From contig CM035360.1 in NCBI GenBank assembly GCA_020137815.1, positions 558,001 through 622,000 of the forward strand: 64,000 bases of DNA. Reading direction: 5' to 3'. This document shows, in pieces, positions 57,700-64,000 of the stretch. The DNA is from Hormiphora californensis. Lineage: Eukaryota > Animalia > Ctenophora. Under the pieces are notes generated by a model, which did no database searches, was not told the DNA's origin, and saw only the letters and a list, made by a program, of their open reading frames with translations. How positions within the stretch are numbered: the stretch's first letter is position 1; the number at the start of each line of letters is the position of its first letter. A program made the position numbers and the translations under genes.

Positions 57700-57879
57700 A
57701 TTGACACCTACCTACACATGGATCATGTCTGCTGGTAAGACAGTCAGTACAATGCTGAGCTGAAGGTTGTCGAGTAACAGCGGGCAGGAAGGATGGCTTA
57801 ATACCCGGATAGGTGGCTTGTCGGCATTCAATGTTTAACCGTCCCGACACCTGTCAATAAGATGCAGTTAGAGAGAGGG

Positions 57880-57941
<62 letters not shown>

Positions 57942-59660
57942 GAGCAGAGAGAGAGAAGAGAGAGAGAGCGAGTGAGATTAGATAGAGTCGCTTCGCGGTC
58001 TGCGTCTCTTCTCCTCTCTCTCTCTCTCTCTCCTGCTCCTTCTCTCTTCTCTCTCTATTCTCTCTTCTCTCTCTCTTCTCTCTCTCTTCTCTCTTCTCTT
58101 CTCTCTCTCTCTCCTCTATCTCTCTCGAGAGAGAGAGAGTAGAGAGAGAGCGAGAGAAGAGGGAGCCCTTCATCAACTATTCCTACTCCTTCATCAACTA
58201 TTCCTACTCCAAAGACTCAACTATTCCTACTCCAAAGTCCTCCCGATCTGTAAATTGTAAACAGCTCAAGAGAGAGGTGTTATGAATCACATTGTAAGGC
58301 TTTAATCACTAAAACTCGGTCTATAGAGATCACCAAGAGGACCAACCCCAAAATGTCATCACTTATAGTTGTCTATCGAGCCCAGAGAAACTAATTCGGG
58401 AAGAGAGAGAGATTTAATATTTACTGAGAGAGAACGCTAACATCGTCTTTGTAGGTACATGCTCAATTTGTGTTTTTGTGTCTTGCAAGATGTACAAAAA
58501 CAACCCAGGACACTGTTATCACAAGCCCTCGCTGCATGGATCACCTATCCTAATCATCACAATAACCTCTCAATCAATTAACTAATTAAATAAATAACTA
58601 ATTAATTAATTAACTAATTAATTAGATACTCACCCCATTATTAGAATTGTGCTCAAGATCCACTAGGTTTGGTATTGAGTAGCTAATGACCGCTTTGGAG
58701 ATGATGTAGGTACCATCACCATTGTTAGCGTGCACAGAACAGGAAGTGAACAACTCGATATCATCTTCTCCAGCACGCGGGTATAGATTCCTGAAAATAG
58801 GGGGTACAAATTCCTGAAAATAGGGGGTATAAATTCCTGAAAATAGGGCCGGTGCTGTGATGAAAATAAGGCCGGTGCTGTGATGAAAATACTATTCAAT
58901 GAAAAAAACTGTTTTGAGATGTTTAGGATAAAATCGACATGTTGGACCTTGGATGATTTTATCACCCCATTTTCACCCAGGGGGGGGGGGTAACCTTCAC
59001 CCCAGCTACCAACTCATTCCCTTATCTCTTTTCCTATATGGCCGGTCAATTTTCAGTTTGTTACTCTGAATGACGTGGTACCTAATGAAGTGTGTATGCC
59101 TCCTCCCTTACTACTGACGAAGTTAGGGTATTACACACCGACTGAAGCAGCTGTACTAAATTAGAATTTAGAAGGAGGGGTCAAGACGCAGTCTATTGCA
59201 ATTACGTCATATGCCTGGACCATGGTGTGACAGGGGGGGGGGGTCACTCTTTACACACACACGCAGCTAGTGTGTGTGATGTAATGCCAACTGATAACAC
59301 GGGGGACCCAGTAATGAAACAGTGGAGAGTCCAGCCAGTGTCCAGATGTTCGAGAATCGTATCCAGGATGGTTTGAAGTCGGATTTGGGGAGGAAGAAGC
59401 TAGCAAGTTGGTAATGAACACTGAGGATCAAAAGAATGGGACGTTCCATCATGATTTTAATCAATAAATAATTAATTAACTATATATTAATTAATTACCT
59501 CACATAATTAGTGACAGAGTTCTGGATGGTCTCCTTATTACACGTGTAGACTGCCTCACTTAGAAATGATATGGTTATTCATCAGGTGCACTGCAAAGCA
59601 CAACCTTGACATGGCTTGACGGGTAGATATCACAACTTTATCTGGTTCTGATTTTGCTAA
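57700..59660 (-). CDS. Possible exons of an Ig-like domain gene (incomplete model)
   Basis: Splice-bounded segments read EAVYTCNKETIQNSVTNYV|gt (~59500-59560), PPQIRLQTILDTILEHLDTGWTLHCFITGSPVLSV (~59290-59400) and EDDIELFTSCSVHANNGDGTYIISKAVISYSIP...NNG|gtgag (~58633-58770). The frames could not be fully joined. Confidence 0.3.
57871..58160. repeat. Degenerate GA/CT microsatellite complex
   Basis: Directly visible. Confidence 0.9.
58785..58892. repeat. Short tandem repeats
   Basis: (aaattcctgaaaataggggg..) x3, then (ggccggtgctgtgatgaaaata) x2. Confidence 0.8.
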
Positions 59661-61769
59661 ACGGGAGAGAGAGATGAGGGATTTAGGATTTTGGATTTTG
59701 GAATTCTGGGAACCAGACTGATGACATCAGTTCAAAGTATAGCGCCATGAGAATTACAACTCCGTTTTTTAACAACAGCAACTGCAGTACTTCAACAACT
59801 TTGAGTCGTGTGTGGGGGAGATAAAAAGATATCGGCTGTCAATGACAGATTCAGAGTTGACAGTTGACAAGAAGATCTTGGTGACTCATGTTAGAGAATG
59901 ATGACTACTACAACGTGACAAGTCATGTTAGTTGAATGATGCTGGTTAAAAATTCTGAAAATTCTAGAGTTGGGCTAAGCAGGTGATCTTATTTCAAGCT
60001 TGGTTGGTGCGAATATTTCCATTGAGTCGCGGTGCTCTTTCCATATTAGGGTGATTTACTATTATAGTCCGACTCAGCTAATTACAAGTTAGAACATACT
60101 CAGATTCTCAAGAATGGAATTGGGGACAGTAATTGTGGGATGATTAGATCGAGAAAGGTGGTTAGATTTAGGACACAGGTGAAGTGGTACAAGCCATGGA
60201 AGAGGCACAGCTCTGTTACAGTGACACAAGGCAGGAGAGATACAGCTGCCTGCTGCTGCTGTGAAGGAAGGAAAGGCCGGACACTGCAGGAATATATCTT
60301 GATTGCAAAACAATACGTAATGACCAAGAGAAGAGAGCTATCAAATCTGCACTGCACCAACCGTGTGGGGGCGCACAACTCCATAATAATACAGACTGGG
60401 CAGGTTAAATTGAAAGACAATACAGGCTCATACCCTAAGAAACATTACAAAGCTCGAATTGGCCTTATTGCTAACTGCTAAGGAAGAATTTGTAAGTTAA
60501 ACATACTAGGGCCATATGAAGTGTGGCCGAGGCAAAACACGAATTCCAAAATGAAGCATAACTAGCGACTAGCAAGTCACGTCATGATGAAGCTTTGCAT
60601 TTCGATGAGATTTCAGCGTCAATGTGAATGCAACTGCATCCCTAGTTTACCGGGAGAGAGAGGTGACTGAGAGAGAGTCAGAGGGGGAGGGCGGGAGAGA
60701 GAGAGGGGCGAGAAGAGGGTAGAGGCCGGAGAAGGGGAGAGAGAGAGGGGCGAGAAGAGGGTAGAGGCCGGAGAAAGAGAGGGCAGTGGATAAATCTGGC
60801 ACTAAAAGCATTCTGTAACCTAACCTGCACTTCACCCGACGGTATGCATGAGGCAATGAAAGGCACGCAAATACCAGATCTGAGAGATAAAGTTCCTATC
60901 TAGGTCCTGGGAGAGATAAGTTCCCCATACTTCACGTGGCAGGGGGGTGGTTGAAAGATACCACCGCCCTGTTTCAGCTATCTTCTCCCTCTCTCTCTTC
61001 CCATCTTCTCTCTCACTTGTCCCACTATCCCTCATTCTCCTCTCCTCTCACCAGCCCCCGCTGGCTGCTACTCAATCTCACACTTGCTATCTCGCTTTCC
61101 CCCCGATGTATGCAGTTACAGGGATATGCAGTGAAGTAAGATTGTTACTTTAACTAAGAGAGAGCAGGGTTGTATGTAGGTAGACGAAGCGGTGTAGGGT
61201 CGGTTCCAAGCGGTCATGGCACGGTGTTAAATTGTAGTGAGGTGAATTGTAACTGGTACGGCAGGTTCGAAACGTGATTGAAAGATAGAGCATTGAGAGA
61301 AAGATAGAGCATTGAGAGATAGGGTACCAATAACAAGATAGAGCATTGAGAAGGGGGCGTAGACAGGTCAGTAGAGACGGGTAGACTCACCCTAATGAAC
61401 TGTCAAAATTAAAATAGAAACTCAAGGGAGGGCGAGAGCGGTGTGAAAAGCGTGAAAGTCACGATTCAGGGGCAGAGTTGTTACCAGATTGATCAAAGTA
61501 GAAAACGAGCTAGTTTGAACTTTGATCAAGATCTTCTTGGTTGTCGTTCAAAATGTCAAAAACAGGGTCTGAATTGATTTGTGGGACCCTGAACAAGGTC
61601 TGAGGTAGTTAAAAATAGAGTCTGAGGTAGTAAAAGGATTGTCGTATAGAATCCTGTTAACTAGGTCACCCTTGTGAAAGATGACAAGGCCCGGCGTAGT
61701 GTCGGGACGAGAAAAAGAGGACGTGTCACGCCAAAATTCATTAGTAACACAAGCTTTGCGAGGGAAGGA

Positions 61770-62040
<271 letters not shown>

Positions 62041-64000
62041 AAGATGAGATGGTATAGCTCGAGTTGACACGTGATTCTTATCAGCTAAACGGGGAGAGAG
62101 GTCTGTCACTTGACCCGGTTTAGAACGGGAGAGGACAGTAACACTGTTACACTCTGTGTATGATATTGTGAACAATCCGACACTATTCCATTAGAAACTA
62201 AATCTGTGACATTGTTATCGAGCAGTTCGGTCGATTGATTAGCCGCAAAATTAATGAGGAAGTTTAGTTTGTTCAACCGGAAGGAGAAAACTAAACTACT
62301 GTTATTGATCAAGCAATATATGCATTTACAGGACTGGAATGGAGTTGCATTGATCCAAAACGATACCAAGACATCTGTGACACTGTTATTAACAGAGCTA
62401 GACACGTGATCCAGAGAAGGACTACTAGACACATCAAAAAAAACAAAAGGATCCAAAAAGACACCAAGACAGGGGGAGTTGTTTTGCGACTGTTTTTACA
62501 GTGTTGACAGGATTTTAACAGTGCTGACAGGTGTTTCACATGGTACCCTAGAGAGAGTTCCACTACAATCTACAGACAGGTTTAGGAGACAACGCTTCGA
62601 ATAAACTGGGTATCATTGAGTCTCATGGTACCGATCAGCAGTAACAGTAACCTAAACATGGTACCCTAGAGAGGTATAGTTCCACTACAATCTGCAGACA
62701 GGAGAAACAGCACAAAGCTAAACTGGGGATCCTAGTGGGTGGGGCATGGTGGTACTACGATATTGACAGCTAGATATCCAATATCTGATGATAGTTGTAT
62801 GATAGATGTATGATAGATGTATTGGTTAGCTACTCATCTGTATGATTTATTCTAACCAAATGTGTTGTAGGATGCTTATTGTATTGGGGAAATGAGCCAT
62901 TCAAATTAAATTCAACTGTGGCGGCAATGCCACAGCCCCAAAAGTCACCGTGTTTTCTTGAATAATATGATATATCGAGTCTGATATAGTTCGACAACAA
63001 TATCATACAACAGTTCGCTTCCTGCTTGGACCTGTTAACTGAGGATCAGTGAGCATGAAGATTCACATGGTACTACTCTGCAAAGAAGAATAAGAAGGTA
63101 CTCTGCAGTCACGTGTTGGATTGATCCGATACTACCCAAGGAATAGGAGAAACAGCTAACATAGCTATGTTAGCACTGTTTCTCCTATGCATAGTAACCT
63201 AGAGACGCTTACTGCTTAGGAAGAGCTCCAAAAGCACTGCAGCACATGAGTGTCGCGGTGAATGGTACCGAGGGGACCATGAAAGGCAGTTCAGATGGGA
63301 CCGTGAATTTGGGGGTTTCTAATGTAGTGACAGGTGTTGACAGAGGGTGTGGATAATTTACTACATGCGGGAGCTAGATAGAGGGAGAGATAGCTAGAGG
63401 CCTAGAGGGAGAACTAGATGCCAACAGGAGCACTCTCCTACTACCTAGGGTTGAAGTATGGCACCTACCTCCGATATCTCATCAAGTGGTTTGTTTTTAA
63501 ATCCATTTCCTCGATCAGCATCGTTGTTGTTGAGGATCTACTGGGTTATCATACGGGATCTGAAACATGGATTCATAGTTACCAATGTGCTAATTACTAA
63601 TCAAATTAGTAGTTCTAAATCGAAGTTTGGGGGCACTGATTAACACATTCCAGTTCTGAAGCTTCTATAGATATTGAAAATTCATGATGAAATTGGTAAT
63701 TTGGAGAATAAACAAACTACATGCACACCTGTTAGTCGGCTTTAGCTGGCTCTGGCTCAGTCCCAAATTCCAATTAACATGACACCAGCTGCAGCAGGAC
63801 CGCCCCATTTTCTAGAGACCTGCTGCGCGCGCAGTGGGAGAGTCCCACGGCGCGCAATCCCCACGTGGGATTATTGTAGCCATGTCATCCGCGCCCTACG
63901 TCAATACCTCAATAAAGGGAACAACATCTCTCATCCATCACAGTTTCTCTGAACTCTCTGGCTATTGCCTGGAACTCAATGTTTTGTTATTGATATCGAT

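Overview
Eukaryotic (animal) genomic DNA with GT-AG introns, (GA)n microsatellites and many non-autonomous DNA transposons. It is probably from a cydippid ctenophore (Pleurobrachia-like). That is an inference from a ~109-bp repeat reading KQPIRTRYLGHVTGYQPIRDQYFLIRSV and from the style of the GPCR; it is not proven. The main feature is a ~35-kb head-to-tail cluster (13941-48633, minus strand) of three paralogous genes for giant secreted proteins of about 4,190, 2,400 and 3,400 aa. These proteins are very basic, rich in Thr/Val/Arg/His/Ser, and match no family I recognise. All three have a 20-nt first coding exon that starts a signal peptide, a conserved CIHGxxGPYxW...NxFxIWN Cys core, and a C-terminal Cys-x-Cys plus Gly/Ser-linker module. 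Two carry His/Tyr/Gly tracts and one an RPGSQTY heptad array. They are candidates for an undescribed structural or adhesive (e.g. colloblast or tentacle) protein system. The ORF track splits them at short frameshift clusters, which are probably consensus errors. The flanks hold a secreted CPAGxYC-repeat protein, an orphan multi-pass membrane protein, a small X-box-preceded cilia-like gene, an A20/AN1 zinc-finger gene, a frameshifted class A GPCR, and a single-pass EGF/mucin protein with a Tyr-motif tail. Mobile elements include a Chapaev-like foldback element and hAT-type MITEs. All gene models were built by eye from splice sites and reading phase.
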